Of a DNA stretch of 64,000 nucleotides, positions 1-10,670 are shown one piece after another. Below the pieces are notes generated by a model. The model did not search any database and was not told the origin of the DNA. It saw nothing but the letters and a program-made list of their open reading frames with translations. Position 1 is the first letter of the stretch. The number at the start of each line of letters is the position of its first letter. Both the position numbers and the translations under genes were made by a program. Source of the stretch: Nitrospirota bacterium. Its GTDB lineage: Bacteria > Nitrospirota > UBA9217. Location: the NCBI GenBank assembly GCA_963754875.1, contig CAVWHO010000013.1, positions 96,001 through 160,000 of the forward strand. The letters are read 5' to 3'.

Positions 1-513
1 CGCGTGTATTACCGGGCGCTGTACAATTCCCTCAGTTTTCTCACCGCGGGTTTAACGTTTTATCTCATACACGAAGTCCCCGACCGGCAACTGTGGACAG
101 CACCGGGATGGCTGCAGTGGGTCATGCATGCGATCCAGCTGGCGGGAGTCGTCTTCGGATCGCTCGCATTCAAACACCTCGATACCGGCGAGTTCCTCGG
201 CCTCAAGCAAATAGCAAGGTACTGGAAGCGCCGCGAAGTGGCGGGGAATGTCGAAGGGTTGACCCGGAACGAGCTGGTTACGACCGGCGTGTACGGCATT
301 GTCCGTCATCCTATGTATCTCGCAGGGATCGTTATCTTTACGTTCAATCCATACCTTACACGCAACAGCCTCACGATTTCGGGCTTCGCGGACCTCTATT
401 TTCTGTTCGGCGCGTTCATTGAAGAACGAAGATTTGTCGTTATTTTCGGGGACCAATACCGGGAGTATGTGAAACGCGTACCGCGGCTGATACCAAAGAT
501 TTTGTACCGTTGA
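1..513 (+). CDS. Isoprenylcysteine carboxylmethyltransferase/nurim (MddA-like) membrane methyltransferase, 5' partial
   Basis: Motifs FLGLKQ, LVTTGVYGIVRHPMYL and EERR...FGDQYREY...VPRLIP; the ORF runs off the window start. Confidence 0.75.
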   Translation, partial: RVYYRALYNSLSFLTAGLTFYLIHEVPDRQLWTAPGWLQWVMHAIQLAGVVFGSLAFKHLDTGEFLGLKQIARYWKRREVAGNVEGLTRNELVTTGVYGIVRHPMYLAGIVIFTFNPYLTRNSLTISGFADLYFLFGAFIEERRFVVIFGDQYREYVKRVPRLIPKILYR

Positions 514-591
514 GGGCGCTGAACAAGAAGAGCGGTCTCCCCGCAACAAGGGCCTGCTTATCGGGGCGGGAGGGCGCGAAGGAAAAAGTGG

Positions 592-1119
592 TCAGCTGTC
601 CTCCTTGAGCACGGCAATATAAGGAAGGTTCCTATACAGCTCGTTGTAGTCCAATCCGTATCCCACGACGAACGAGTCCGGGATTTCGAAGCCCCGATAG
701 GCGATCGGAACATCGACGAGACGGCGGCACGATTTGTCGAACAAGACAGCCGCTTTCAGGCTGGCAGGTTTTCTTTCCGCGAGCATCTTCATGAGGCAGT
801 CAAACGTCTCGCCGGTATCAATGATCGTGTCGACCAGCAGCACATGCCTGCCTGCGATGTCCGATTCCAGATCTTTTTTAATGACAACATTCCTCGATGA
901 ATTCGTGGACCTGCCGTAACTTGAAGCCTGGATGAATTCGACGGTGAGCGGGCAGGAGATGCTGCGCACCAGGTCCGTCGTGAATATGGCGGCGCCTTTC
1001 AGAATACTGACGACGATCAGCTCCTTCCCGTCATAATCCCGTGAGATCAGCCCGCCAAGTTCCTGGACCTTGTCTGCGATAGCCTCTTCGTTGAATAGAA
1101 TTTCTCCGATTTCGCTCAT
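592..1119 (-). CDS. hpt: Hypoxanthine phosphoribosyltransferase
   Basis: ILKGA, SSYG, VLLVDTIIDTGET PRPP loop, FVVGYGLDY. Confidence 0.93.
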   Translation of the reverse strand: MSEIGEILFNEEAIADKVQELGGLISRDYDGKELIVVSILKGAAIFTTDLVRSISCPLTVEFIQASSYGRSTNSSRNVVIKKDLESDIAGRHVLLVDTIIDTGETFDCLMKMLAERKPASLKAAVLFDKSCRRLVDVPIAYRGFEIPDSFVVGYGLDYNELYRNLPYIAVLKEDS

Positions 1120-1241
1120 ACTATTGATCTCTCTCCCTTATACTGCATTGTTCGACTCTCCCCGTGAACTTCCTTAATCTGCAAAAGATACAGCATATTG
1201 ATATAATTGTAAAGAGAGGCCTGCCAAGGGGGGGATGATTT

Positions 1242-1799
1242 ATGAAAAAGGAGGCCCTGCTTATAATTGACATGGTGAACGACTTCGTGCTTCCCGGGTC
1301 TCCGCTTGAAGTGCCTGAGACAAGAAAAATAATTCCGGTCATTATACAGGAGATCGAACGGGCGCACGCCGTGGGCAACCCGGTCATTTATGTTTGCGAT
1401 GCCCATGCAGTTGACGACAAGGAATTTTCGAAGTTTCGTTGGCCGGCCCATGCAGTAAGAGGTACGAACGGGGCGGCGATCGTCGCCGAATTGAAACCTG
1501 CAAAAGGCGATATCGTCATTCACAAGACGACCTATTCGGGATTCTTCCGTACCAACCTGGATAAAACCCTGAAAAGGCTGGGAGTCGATGCGCTCAGGCT
1601 CACGGGAGACGTGACGCATATCTGCATCTTGTTCACGGCATCGGACGCAGTTCTTCGCGACTACGCCGTTACCGTGGTCAAAGACGGCGTTGCCGGCATC
1701 TCCCGGGAAGACCATGAGGCGGCGCTTCGCATCATGAAGAATGTCATGGCCGTTGCAGTCGTACCATCAGGAGCAGCTTCGGGCAGAAAAGCAGCGTGA
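1242..1799 (+). CDS. pncA: Nicotinamidase/isochorismatase-family cysteine hydrolase
   Basis: ALLIIDMVNDF, D-A-H, KTTYSGF, THIC catalytic Cys; upstream of pncB. Confidence 0.8.
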   Translation: MKKEALLIIDMVNDFVLPGSPLEVPETRKIIPVIIQEIERAHAVGNPVIYVCDAHAVDDKEFSKFRWPAHAVRGTNGAAIVAELKPAKGDIVIHKTTYSGFFRTNLDKTLKRLGVDALRLTGDVTHICILFTASDAVLRDYAVTVVKDGVAGISREDHEAALRIMKNVMAVAVVPSGAASGRKAA

Positions 1800-1855
1800 G
1801 TGCGGAACAACCGACTCACTGCATGCCGTTGAGAAAAGGCTTTCGCTCTCTTTTC

Positions 1856-1926
1856 CGTCATTCCCGCGCAGGCGGGAATCCAGGCTTTCAGGTTGCTACT
1901 GGATCCCCGTTTTCACGGGGATGACG
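1856..1926. repeat. REP-like double-hairpin intergenic element
   Basis: CGTCATTCCCGCGCAGGCGGGAATCCAG...CTGGATCCCCGTTTTCACGGGGATGACG; related copies near 4865, 10235 and 56575. Confidence 0.75.
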
Positions 1927-2021
1927 AAAGAGGACGCAGGAGATGGCTTTTTCCACAAGCCGCTCAAGGCTTTATTTTCGCAAGGGTTCGCCACGAGCCG
2001 CTGTAAAAAGAGGGAGGCTTC

Positions 2022-3182
2022 ATGTTTCTCACCGCTGATCCCCAGGAAATACTCGAAGGCAAGATCACTGATGTCTATTTCGAGCGGGCGCTCAAGATAC
2101 TGAAGGCCAGGAACGTCAACCCCGCGGTAAAAGCAGAATTTATCGCCAAGAGCCTGCCGAAGAACCGGCTCTGGGCCCTGTTCACGGGACTGGGAGAGGC
2201 CATGGAACTGATGGAGCACCTGAAAATCAAGGTACGGGCCATGCGCGAAGGCACGGTCTTCCATCCCTATGAGCCGGTAATGGAGATTGAGGGCAGGTAC
2301 CAGGACTTCATTGTATTCGAGACGGCGCTTCTCGGGCTCATCTGCCAGGCTTCGGGCATCTCCACGCAGGCTGCGCGCATGAAGAAGCTTGCAGGCGACC
2401 GGCTCGTCATGAGTTTCGGCGCCCGCAGAATGCACCCGGTCCTTGCGCCGATGATCGAGCGGAACGCCTATGTGGGCGGGTGCGACGGCGTGGCGGTGGT
2501 CAAGTCCGGACAGGTGATCGGCGAGGACCCCATGGGCACCATGCCGCACTCTTTGATCCTGTGTATGGGCTCGACCGTCGAGGCGCTCAAGGCCTATGAC
2601 GAGGTGCTCGATCCTAAGCTCAAACGGGTCGCCCTTATCGACACATTCCAGGACGAAAAATTCGAGGTGTTGAACGTGGCCCAGGCGCTGGGAGAGCGGC
2701 TCTCTGCCGTGCGGTTCGATACGCCGACGTCGCGTCGCGGTGATTTTTACCGGATTCTTGAAGAAGCGCGGTGGGAGCTGGAATTGCGCGGCCTCGGCCA
2801 TGTCAGGTTTTACGTGAGCGGCGGCATCTCCGAGGAAGATATCCCTGTTCTCAATCCCCTGGTCCACGGCTACGGCATCGGGACGTCGATCAGCAATGCT
2901 CCGGTCATCGATTTTGCCATGGACCTCGTGGAGATCGACGGCAAGCCGCTGGCAAAGCGGGGCAAGTGGTCGGGAAGTAAGCGTGTGCTCGCTTGTACGG
3001 CATGCGGCGCTCGGAAGATCATCCCGAACACGGATGCAGAAGCGCAGACATGCCCGTGCGGGGGAGCTTTTACCGATATCGTGGTCCCTGTGCTCGATCA
3101 CGGGACACGGCTTGTGGGGCCGGAGCCGCCTGCCCGGATCCGGGAAACAGTGATGGCAGCCGTGAGACAGCTGGCGCTCTGA
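2022..3182 (+). CDS. pncB: Nicotinate phosphoribosyltransferase
   Basis: TDVYF, SFGARRMHP, GTMPH, LIDTF, VRFDT, VSGG, GYGIGT; C-terminal CxxC...CxC. Confidence 0.9.
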   Translation: MFLTADPQEILEGKITDVYFERALKILKARNVNPAVKAEFIAKSLPKNRLWALFTGLGEAMELMEHLKIKVRAMREGTVFHPYEPVMEIEGRYQDFIVFETALLGLICQASGISTQAARMKKLAGDRLVMSFGARRMHPVLAPMIERNAYVGGCDGVAVVKSGQVIGEDPMGTMPHSLILCMGSTVEALKAYDEVLDPKLKRVALIDTFQDEKFEVLNVAQALGERLSAVRFDTPTSRRGDFYRILEEARWELELRGLGHVRFYVSGGISEEDIPVLNPLVHGYGIGTSISNAPVIDFAMDLVEIDGKPLAKRGKWSGSKRVLACTACGARKIIPNTDAEAQTCPCGGAFTDIVVPVLDHGTRLVGPEPPARIRETVMAAVRQLAL

Positions 3183-3310
3183 CCCGTCCGGTTGAGAATG
3201 CCTCGCCGGTCTGCAAAAAATTTCGTTAAATATCATTGACAGGCAAGGCGGAGTGGACTATTGTATGGGTTGAAAAGCTGGCACGCCGGATCAGGAAATC
3301 GGATGTCCCT

Positions 3311-3628
3311 ATGATAAACAAGAGCACTGAGAAAAGAATATGTCCGCGCTTCGACTTTCCCCTGCCTGTCGAGTTCAAGGCAGATGCAGAAAATAACGAA
3401 AAAGTCTATAAGGGCGTTGTCGTCAATATCAGTCTCACTGGAGTAGGCGCCTATTTTTTCCAACCCCTCGAACAAGGCCAGAATATCACGTTCAAGAACA
3501 CCCTCCCGGTTGAATGCAGCACTGCCGCCGTACTCTGGACTAAAAAGATAGACTCCCGTTTATATATAACCGGCCTGAAGTTCCTGGACCGGGCTGCTCA
3601 TTCCCTGACCCCACTGCGGTTTTTCTGA
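3311..3628 (+). CDS. PilZ-domain protein (c-di-GMP receptor)
   Basis: EKRICPR (RxxxR) and NISLTG (D/NxSxxG) motifs, GLKF. Confidence 0.8.
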   Translation: MINKSTEKRICPRFDFPLPVEFKADAENNEKVYKGVVVNISLTGVGAYFFQPLEQGQNITFKNTLPVECSTAAVLWTKKIDSRLYITGLKFLDRAAHSLTPLRFF

Positions 3629-3721
3629 AGCAAGACATCACTCCATTACCTTCAAGCATTCCCGAGCCTCATTCCCGCAGCGTTTCGCAAAGAACGCCCT
3701 CGACTAGATAAGTCTGCTTTC

Positions 3722-3750
3722 TTGACACATGCCTCTTCCTGGGATATAAT
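3722..3750 (+). promoter_or_regulatory. Sigma70 promoter of the marR-doxX unit
   Basis: TTGACA-N17-TATAAT, perfect consensus. Confidence 0.8.
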
Positions 3751-3798
3751 TAGTTCAACGTTAAATAGTTTAGTATTAATGTGCATAGCGACGGGCCT

Positions 3799-4248
3799 AT
3801 GAAAAGCACTCATTACAAGGGAGCGAAGGACGAAACGAGGGCGTTGAATGCCTACGTTAAACTGACGCGGGCATCGGACGCAATATCAACGCGTATTCAC
3901 CGGCATTTGGGAGACGTCGGGCTGACAATCAGCCAGTTCGGCGTGCTGGAAGCGATTTATCACGTCGGTCCCTTGAGCCAGGCAGAACTGGCAAAGAAAA
4001 TACTGAAGAGCACCGGAAATATCACGATGGTCATCGACAACCTGGAAAAGAGGGGCCTCGTAAGACGCGAGCGGAAACAGGCTGACCGGCGTTACTATGC
4101 GATCCAACTGACGCCGGAAGGAGAAAAACTGATCAGCAGTATCTTCCCCCGCCACGCGGGAAAGATCGTGGAAACGATGAATGTCCTCACCAAAGCAGAG
4201 CAGGAAAAGCTGGGGCAGTTGTGCAGAAAATTGGGGCTCGCGGAATAG
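3799..4248 (+). CDS. MarR-family transcriptional regulator
   Basis: LTISQFGVL...GNITMVIDNLEKRGLVRR...DRR...LTPEG. Confidence 0.92.
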   Translation: MKSTHYKGAKDETRALNAYVKLTRASDAISTRIHRHLGDVGLTISQFGVLEAIYHVGPLSQAELAKKILKSTGNITMVIDNLEKRGLVRRERKQADRRYYAIQLTPEGEKLISSIFPRHAGKIVETMNVLTKAEQEKLGQLCRKLGLAE

Positions 4249-4353
4249 GTTTGGGTTCTTTGAAACGAAAGTACTTCATACGGGGAAAAGCATCTATCGC
4301 TGAAAAGCGGCAGTTATTAAGGAAGTCATTTGAACTTCAAGAAGGAGGCAGAC

Positions 4354-4803
4354 ATGTTAAAAAAGTTATTTCAAACAAACGATGATGTTGCGCTGCTGGT
4401 GCTGAGGGTGGCCCTTGGGTACGTGTTTTTCTTTCACGGCATGCAGAAGCTTACGACCATGTACGGAGGGTACGGTTTCACAGGGACGCTCGGATTCTTT
4501 ACCGCGAAACTTGGTATACCGACGGTGTTCGCGTTTCTGTCGATTATGGCCGAAGGCATCGGCTGGGCCGGCTTGATTGCCGGGTTGTTGACCCGGATCG
4601 CAGCTTTGGGCATTGCCGTGAACATGGCGGTAGCCGTGTATATGATGCATTTCCAGAATGGGATCTTTATGAACTGGTTTGGTAACCAGAAGGGCGAAGG
4701 CTATGAATATCATCTTCTCGTGATTGCCATCGGGATTGCGCTTATTATCAGGGGCGGCGGCAAATGGTCGATTGATAAGGTAATTGCCGACGGGATGAAG
4801 TAA
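4354..4803 (+). CDS. DoxX-family membrane protein
   Basis: LRVALG...HGMQKL, GLLTRIAA, GEGYEYHLL, GGGKWSID. Confidence 0.9.
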   Translation: MLKKLFQTNDDVALLVLRVALGYVFFFHGMQKLTTMYGGYGFTGTLGFFTAKLGIPTVFAFLSIMAEGIGWAGLIAGLLTRIAALGIAVNMAVAVYMMHFQNGIFMNWFGNQKGEGYEYHLLVIAIGIALIIRGGGKWSIDKVIADGMK

Positions 4804-5158
4804 CTAATACCAGGTGGGTGTCATCAATAAGGGGTCGCTGAAAAGCGACTCTGTTTTTTTTTTGCCGTCATTCCGGCGTTGCCGGGTATTTTGTATTATA
4901 CGGCAAGTGCCCATAAGAATATCAATGGTTATCCTGCATTTGATTTTACAACCTTTCCTCTTTCTGCTACACTGGGCTGGATTCCAGGTACAGAATCAAG
5001 GACGACTTCCCGTCTCGCATTACTGACGCAGCTTTTCCACGGGTATCTCGGACTCTCGTGGCATCCCTTTTACTAAACTCGCTAATACCGGAAATCCGAT
5101 ATTAGTTTTGCACAAAATGTTACGTCCGTTTCGATAACTGGTTGAATTTGGAGAGGAG

Positions 5159-5452
5159 ATGCCAATGGATCGACTTACGACAACTATCAAACGCCCCTGG
5201 CTTGCGGAAATCATTGCTGGCATCAAAAAAATAGAATATCGAGAGATCAAACCGTACTGGCGTGATCGCTTAGCTCAGGTGAAAATACCCTTTGAATTAA
5301 GATTAATCAATGGCATGCAGCGCCGCGCCCCCGAAGTCACTGTTCTCATCAACAAAGTGAAGAAAGATATACGCAATGGCGTCTATGAATTGCATATCCG
5401 TAAAGTTATCTCGTTCATGAACTGGGATCGTTCTCGTAGCGTGCGAAGGTAA
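5159..5452 (+). CDS. ASCH/PUA-like domain protein
   Basis: IIAGIKKIEYR (GxKxxExR) motif; GGAG RBS upstream. Confidence 0.75.
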   Translation: MPMDRLTTTIKRPWLAEIIAGIKKIEYREIKPYWRDRLAQVKIPFELRLINGMQRRAPEVTVLINKVKKDIRNGVYELHIRKVISFMNWDRSRSVRR

Positions 5453-5507
5453 CGCTGGCTACAGCCCCAGCCATCAAATCACCTGGCCCGCCAGCGAAAA
5501 GCACCAC

Positions 5508-5536
5508 TTGACATTAATAAACAATTTGTTTATAAT
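5508..5536 (+). promoter_or_regulatory. higBA promoter with overlapping palindromic operator
   Basis: TTGACA-N17-TATAAT; inverted repeat ATAAACA-ATT-TGTTTAT at 5517-5533; ATG 6 nt after the -10 box. Confidence 0.85.
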
Positions 5537-5542
5537 CTTCCC

Positions 5543-5824
5543 ATGATTCAGTCATTTGCCTCCTCCGAAACGGAACGTTTTTTTGCCACTGGAAAATCTC
5601 GCCGCTTGCCGCAGGACATGCTGAAGCGAGCAGCAATGCGCTTGACGCAATTGGACGGAGCCGTGAGTCTCGACGATTTGCGCATCCCGACTTCCAACAA
5701 ACTGGAGGCGTTGGCTCATGACCGCGCCGGTCAATGGAGCATTCGCATTAACGATCAGTGGCGAGTATGTTTCCGATTTAAAAATGGTGACGCTTATGAC
5801 GTTGAAATCGTTGATTATCACTAA
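5543..5824 (+). CDS. higB: HigB (RelE/ParE-fold) toxin
   Basis: MIQSF...LEAL..DRAGQWSIRINDQWRVCFRF...VEIVDYH. Confidence 0.93.
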   Translation: MIQSFASSETERFFATGKSRRLPQDMLKRAAMRLTQLDGAVSLDDLRIPTSNKLEALAHDRAGQWSIRINDQWRVCFRFKNGDAYDVEIVDYH

Positions 5825-5837
5825 AGGAGACACAAAC

Positions 5838-6135
5838 ATGGTTAAGAATGGTTTGCCTGCAATTCATCCGGGAGAATTCCTGGCAGAAATCTTGGGAGAA
5901 ATGGGTATATCTCAGGCTGAGTTCGCGCGCACTATCGGGGTATCGCCGATGCGGATTTCGCATGTTATCAAAGGGCGATCGTCCGGTAACAGCGGAACTG
6001 GCATTGTTGTTCGGTCGTGCGTTTAACCAGACGCCGCAATACTGGCTCAATCTTCAGGCGTCTTACGATTTAAAAATCGCGAAGGCGAGTATCGGTAAGC
6101 GCCTTGCTGGTATACATGCCCTCGCACATGCCTAA
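5838..6135 (+). CDS. higA: HigA antitoxin (one frameshift near 5975)
   Basis: IHPGEFL...SQAEFAR in one frame continues as PVTAELALLFGRAFNQTPQYWLNLQ in another. Confidence 0.88.
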
Positions 6136-6162
6136 TCTTCTTCTAGCAATACTCGAAAATAA

Positions 6163-6221
6163 TTCCAACATGCGGGTCGTGTGGGTCGCTGAGAAGCGCG
6201 CCCTACACCCGCGCGTTGACT
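6163..6221 (+). other. attC-like integron recombination site (59 bp)
   Basis: TTCCAAC-5nt-GGTCGTGT...CTACACC-5nt-GTTGACT; imperfect palindrome with an extrahelical C at L'' position 4. Confidence 0.55.
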
Positions 6222-6250
6222 CTAAGATATCGACCTAAGCGAGGGACACA

Positions 6251-6903
6251 ATGAAACATATTTTAGCCGATCAAGAACGTAGCGAGTTGGACCGGCGCGT
6301 AGCTGATGCGGAGAAACGGACCGGAGCACAGATCGTGCTCGCGGTCGTCAAACGAAGCGATACGTACGCCGAACTGCCCTGGAAAGCGTTTGCCCTGGGA
6401 GCTGCTGTCGCCGGCTCGGGAACAGTTCTGCTCGATCTGCTGCGGCCGGAATGGCATTCCGGTGTTGCGGTACTGTTCGCCGTGGTGGCGACGCTCGCAA
6501 CGGGCGCTGCCTGCGCCTTGCTGTGCGTCGCTGTGCCGAGGTTTTGCCCGGTTCTTTCTCGAAGCCCACCGCGCAGAGGTGGAAGTGCGTCAGTACGCGC
6601 AGTCTCTTTTTCTCTCCCGTGAAGTGTTCGCCACCCGCGGCCGCACTGGTGTGTTGCTGCTCGTCAGCATGTTCGAGCGCCAGGTCGTCCTGCTACCCGA
6701 TACCGGACTGGCCAAACGACTCAGCCGGGAAGCAATGCATCACATTGTTGCCCGCATGACAGCGGCCCTTGCCGGGGGACAGGTCCGCCTCGCCCTGGAA
6801 AACGGGGCTTCAGGGATTGGAGGAGCACCTCGCTGCCACGGCAGCAGGAGCAGCCCGGGAGAATGAACTTCCGAACGTAATCATCGAGGAGAAAGGCGCA
6901 TGA
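6251..6903 (+). CDS. TPM-domain membrane protein (frameshifts near 6545 and 6810)
   Basis: AEKRTGAQIV, TRGRTGVLLLVSMFERQVVLLPDTG, ELPNVII; pieces in different frames. Confidence 0.75.
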
Positions 6904-7855
6904 AAACAGTCTTGCGATACGCACTTGTTGCAGCAATAATTCTTGCGGCGCTCATCGCCACTGCATCGGACGTCCCGTATCTTACCGGTCGCGTGACCGA
7001 CAACGCGGAAATTCTGTCCGCATCCATGCGCAAGTCGCTCACGGAACGGCTCAAGGCGCACGAAGACCGCACCGGCAACCAGATCGCGGTGCTCACCGTA
7101 CCCTCGCTCGAAGGGGAAAGCATCGAAGGATATGCGGAAGCGGTTTTTAAGGAATGGAAGCTCGGTCAAAAAGGCAAAGACAACGGCATCCTGTTCGTCG
7201 TGGCCCCGCAGGACCGCCGCATGCGCATAGAGGTGGGGTACGGCCTCGAAGGCGTGCTCCCCGATTCCGCGGCAGGAAGCATCATTCGCAATGTCATTAC
7301 TCCCAAGTTCAAGACCGGGGACTATAACGGCGGCATCGAGGCAGGCGTAAACGCCATCATTACTGTCCTGGAAACCGGCAAAGCGCCCGATTCCGACAGC
7401 TCCGGCGCAAATGAAACGAAAACGTCGTTTTTCTCCGGCATTGAAGCGCCCGACATGCCGCTCACCGAGAAAATCCTGTTCGGTGCATTCATCTTCGGCA
7501 TCATCGGCCTGTTCACCGTGATCGGCATCCTGACACCCGGTGTCGGATGGTTTCTCTACTTCTTCCTCATCCCTTTTTGGGCCATGTTTCCTATCATCAT
7601 TGTCGGAACCTCGGGAGCGCTCACGCTGCTCATAACCTATTTGATCGTTTATCCCGTTGCCAAGCTGCTGCTCAAGAACACACCGTGGTATCAAGAAAGC
7701 CGCGACGGATCTTCGCACCAAAGGCCATGCCTCCATCGGCGGTTTCTCCATCTCGCGGGGGTTCGGGAGGCTGGAGCTCGGGCAGTTCCGGCAGTTCGGG
7801 CTTTTCCGGAGGGGGCGGGTCGTCGGGCGGCGGCGGGGCTTCAGGGAGCTGGTAA
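6900..7855 (+). CDS. TPM-domain (YgcG/DUF477) protein with Gly/Ser-rich tail (frameshifted)
   Basis: Signal peptide, VTDNAEIL, GQKGKDNGIL, RIEVGYGLEG; tail SGGGGSSGGGGASGSW in another frame. Confidence 0.85.
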
Positions 7856-8063
7856 TGGCAATAGAGAAGCAAGGAAAACAATAAACTTCGGATCATGAAT
7901 GGTCATACGAAAAATATTTACTAAAAGTCCGGAGACGTGACAACACCACGGCATCAGAAATACTGCCGTGCAAAATTATTGAAACCGGCAGCAACTGATT
8001 TGTCTAGCAAAGCTTTTAGAGACGGTCGCAAAAAACGCGCTCCTCAAGCGAAGCGCTGCTAAT

Positions 8064-8099
8064 AAAAAAACCGCCGAATTTACATTCAGCGGCTTTTTT
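8064..8099 (-). terminator. Intrinsic terminator after typA (bidirectional)
   Basis: AAAAAAA-CCGCCGAAT...ATTCAGCGG-CTTTTTT. Confidence 0.7.
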
Positions 8100-8148
8100 G
8101 TATTCTATAGAAAGACCCTTCACTTAGTTCATGATAACGAGTGAAAAT

Positions 8149-9969
8149 TTAGTCCATCTTATCCCTGTTCTTCGGCCGCTTGTTCTGGTCGAGTATTTTT
8201 TTACGAAGCCTGATGGACGTCGGTGTCACTTCCACCAGCTCGTCTTCCTTGATGAACTCAAGCGACTGTTCAAGCGACAACTGCCGATGGGGCACAAGGC
8301 GAAGCGCTTCATCAGCGCCCGACGCCCGCATGTTCGTGAGCTTTTTTTCCTTGATCACGTTTACGTCCATGTCGTTCTCGCGCGAGTTCTCGCCTACAAT
8401 CATGCCCTCGTAGACCGCGGTGCTCTCAGGGATGAAGAGCTCGCCGCGGGGCTGGATGTGGTAGAGGGCATAGGTCGTGGTCTTGCCCCCCCGGTCGGCC
8501 ACGAGGGCGCCGGTGGCCCGCTTCGCGATCGGGCCCTGCCAGGGTTCGTACCCGTCAAAGAGATGGTTCAGGAGGCCGGTCCCGCGCGTGTCGGTCAAAA
8601 ACTCAGAGCGGAAGCCGATCAGTCCGCGCGCAGGAATGCGGAATTCCAGGCGGACACGGCCGTGGCCGTTGTTTGCCATCTTGGTCATACGGCCCTTGCG
8701 GGTCCCCAGTTTTTGCGTGACCACGCCGATGAACTCCTCGGGGCAGTCGATGACCAGGTTTTCCATGGGCTCAAAGGTCTTTCCGTCCCGCTGTTTCGTG
8801 ATGGTTTCGGGCTGGGATACCGAAAGTTCATAGCCTTCCCGTCTCATCATTTCGATCAGGATCGCAAGTTGAAGTTCGCCGCGTCCCAGGACCCTGAAGC
8901 TGTCGGTCGCATCACCCGGTTCGACTTTGATCGCCACGTTGTAGAGGAGCTCTTTTTCGAGCCGTTCTTTCAAGTGGCGAGAGGTGACGAACTTGCCTTC
9001 TTTGCCTGCGAAGGGAGAGTTATTGATGGCGAAGATCATCGAGATCGTGGGCTCATCCACGGCAATGCGCGGCAGCGGCTTCGGATTTTCGGGGTCAGTG
9101 ATCGTATCGCCGATGTTCACGCCTTCGATGCCGGCCAGCGCCACAATGTCGCCTATGGTCGCGCTTGGGGTGTCCACGCGTTTCAGGCCCTCAAATGCGA
9201 AAAGCGATGTGATTTTGGTCTTCACAAGAGCGCCGCTCTGGGTGACCACGCCGATGGGCTCGCCCACCTTTGCAGTACCGGCGAATATCTTGCCGATGGC
9301 CAGGCGTCCAACATAATCGTTGTAAATGATGTTCATAACCAGGAGCTGGAGCGGCGCGACCTCGTCACCTTCAGCCGACGGGACGGTGTTCACGATCAGG
9401 TCAAAGAGCGGCTTGAGGCTTGTGGCTTCGTCTTCCATCTTTAGCTTGGCGATGCCGTCCCGGGCGTTGGTGTACACGATGGGGAAATCGAGCTGGGCGT
9501 CATTTGCATCAAGATCAATGAACAGGTCGTAGACCTCGTTCACCACTTCGCTGATGCGCGCATCGGGCCGGTCGATCTTGTTGATCACGAGGATCGGCGG
9601 CAGGCCCAGTTCAAGCGCTTTCTTGAGCACGAACCGGGTTTGCGGCAGCGGGCCTTCCGAGGCATCTACGAGAAGCAGCACGCCATCCACCATCTTAAGC
9701 GTACGCTCCACCTCACCGCCGAAGTCCGCGTGACCGGGCGTGTCTACGATATTGATTTTAACGCCGTTGTAGTGGAGAGACGTGTTCTTGGCCATGATGG
9801 TAATCCCGCGCTCGCGCTCGAGGTCGATGTTGTCCATGACCCGTTCCTGGACGCGCTCGTTGTCGCGGAAGGTGCCGCTCTGTCTGAGTAGCGTGTCCAC
9901 GAGCGTGGTTTTGCCGTGGTCGACGTGGGCAATGATGGCGATGTTGCGTAAGTCAGTTCTTTTTAACAT
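8149..9969 (-). CDS. typA: Translational GTPase TypA/BipA
   Basis: [49 protein letters not shown]. Confidence 0.97.
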   Translation of the reverse strand: MLKRTDLRNIAIIAHVDHGKTTLVDTLLRQSGTFRDNERVQERVMDNIDLERERGITIMAKNTSLHYNGVKINIVDTPGHADFGGEVERTLKMVDGVLLLVDASEGPLPQTRFVLKKALELGLPPILVINKIDRPDARISEVVNEVYDLFIDLDANDAQLDFPIVYTNARDGIAKLKMEDEATSLKPLFDLIVNTVPSAEGDEVAPLQLLVMNIIYNDYVGRLAIGKIFAGTAKVGEPIGVVTQSGALVKTKITSLFAFEGLKRVDTPSATIGDIVALAGIEGVNIGDTITDPENPKPLPRIAVDEPTISMIFAINNSPFAGKEGKFVTSRHLKERLEKELLYNVAIKVEPGDATDSFRVLGRGELQLAILIEMMRREGYELSVSQPETITKQRDGKTFEPMENLVIDCPEEFIGVVTQKLGTRKGRMTKMANNGHGRVRLEFRIPARGLIGFRSEFLTDTRGTGLLNHLFDGYEPWQGPIAKRATGALVADRGGKTTTYALYHIQPRGELFIPESTAVYEGMIVGENSRENDMDVNVIKEKKLTNMRASGADEALRLVPHRQLSLEQSLEFIKEDELVEVTPTSIRLRKKILDQNKRPKNRDKMD

Positions 9970-10234
9970 GAAACTCCCTTTTTACCATGAAGACACTAAG
10001 CAGGTCATGTGCATTACTCGGCTTCGCGGCGGTTTTTTTGGTTATGCAGAGCTGTGCATAATACCGTGTATAGGCATGTTTTGTCAATTGAATAATACGA
10101 GAAACCGCTAGAGACCGCCGATTTTTGACGTGATATTCCGGGATGGAGCATGTTCTATCGTTCGGCAAGCTCGCGACCCACCACGAACGGGGGCTTCTGG
10201 GATGTAACAATATTTGTGATAAAGTTGTAAAAGT

Positions 10235-10362
10235 CGTCATTCCCGCTTGCCTGCGGCCAGCGTTTACGAGTGTATGGCGGCGAGTGCAGGCTGTCGGGAA
10301 TCGTAATGCATTACAGCGTACTGCGTACTGAAGGAAACGATTCCGGACAAGCCGGAATGACG
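10235..10362. repeat. REP-like element, same family as 1856-1926
   Basis: CGTCATTCCCGCTTG...GTCGGGAATC...GATTCCGGACAAGCCGGAATGACG. Confidence 0.65.
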
Positions 10363-10459
10363 TCATAAGGATTTACTTCGTCTGTATTGACCGATTGGTG
10401 ATTCCGTGAGGCGCCTCGCTATAGGCGCAGTTGGCCTGAGCGGCTGAAAAGGCGCGGCC

Positions 10460-10488
10460 TTGACAGCAGACAAGTCCGGTGATACTGT
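10460..10488 (+). promoter_or_regulatory. Sigma70 promoter upstream of the riboswitch
   Basis: TTGACA-N17-TACTGT with a TGn extension. Confidence 0.6.
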
Positions 10489-10507
10489 TGAATTAAGATA
10501 TTAATTG

Positions 10508-10590
10508 TCCCGATAAAGCCAAACCTTTCGCGAGGAGGGGGCGGAAAGCAACGGGCCTTTCAAGAAAAGACGGCCGCTGCCGAAGGGGAA
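10508..10590 (+). ncRNA. Cyclic di-GMP-I (GEMM) riboswitch
   Basis: CGATAAAGCCAAACC-TTTC-GCGA-GGAG-GGGGCGGAAAGC...GCCGAA matches the GEMM-I architecture. Confidence 0.8.
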
Positions 10591-10670
10591 TAGTATTCGG
10601 TAACTGGGCTTTTTAATTGGCAATCGTTGAACCAGCGAGGCTCACTTTCTCGTGCGAAAGGAGAAACAAA

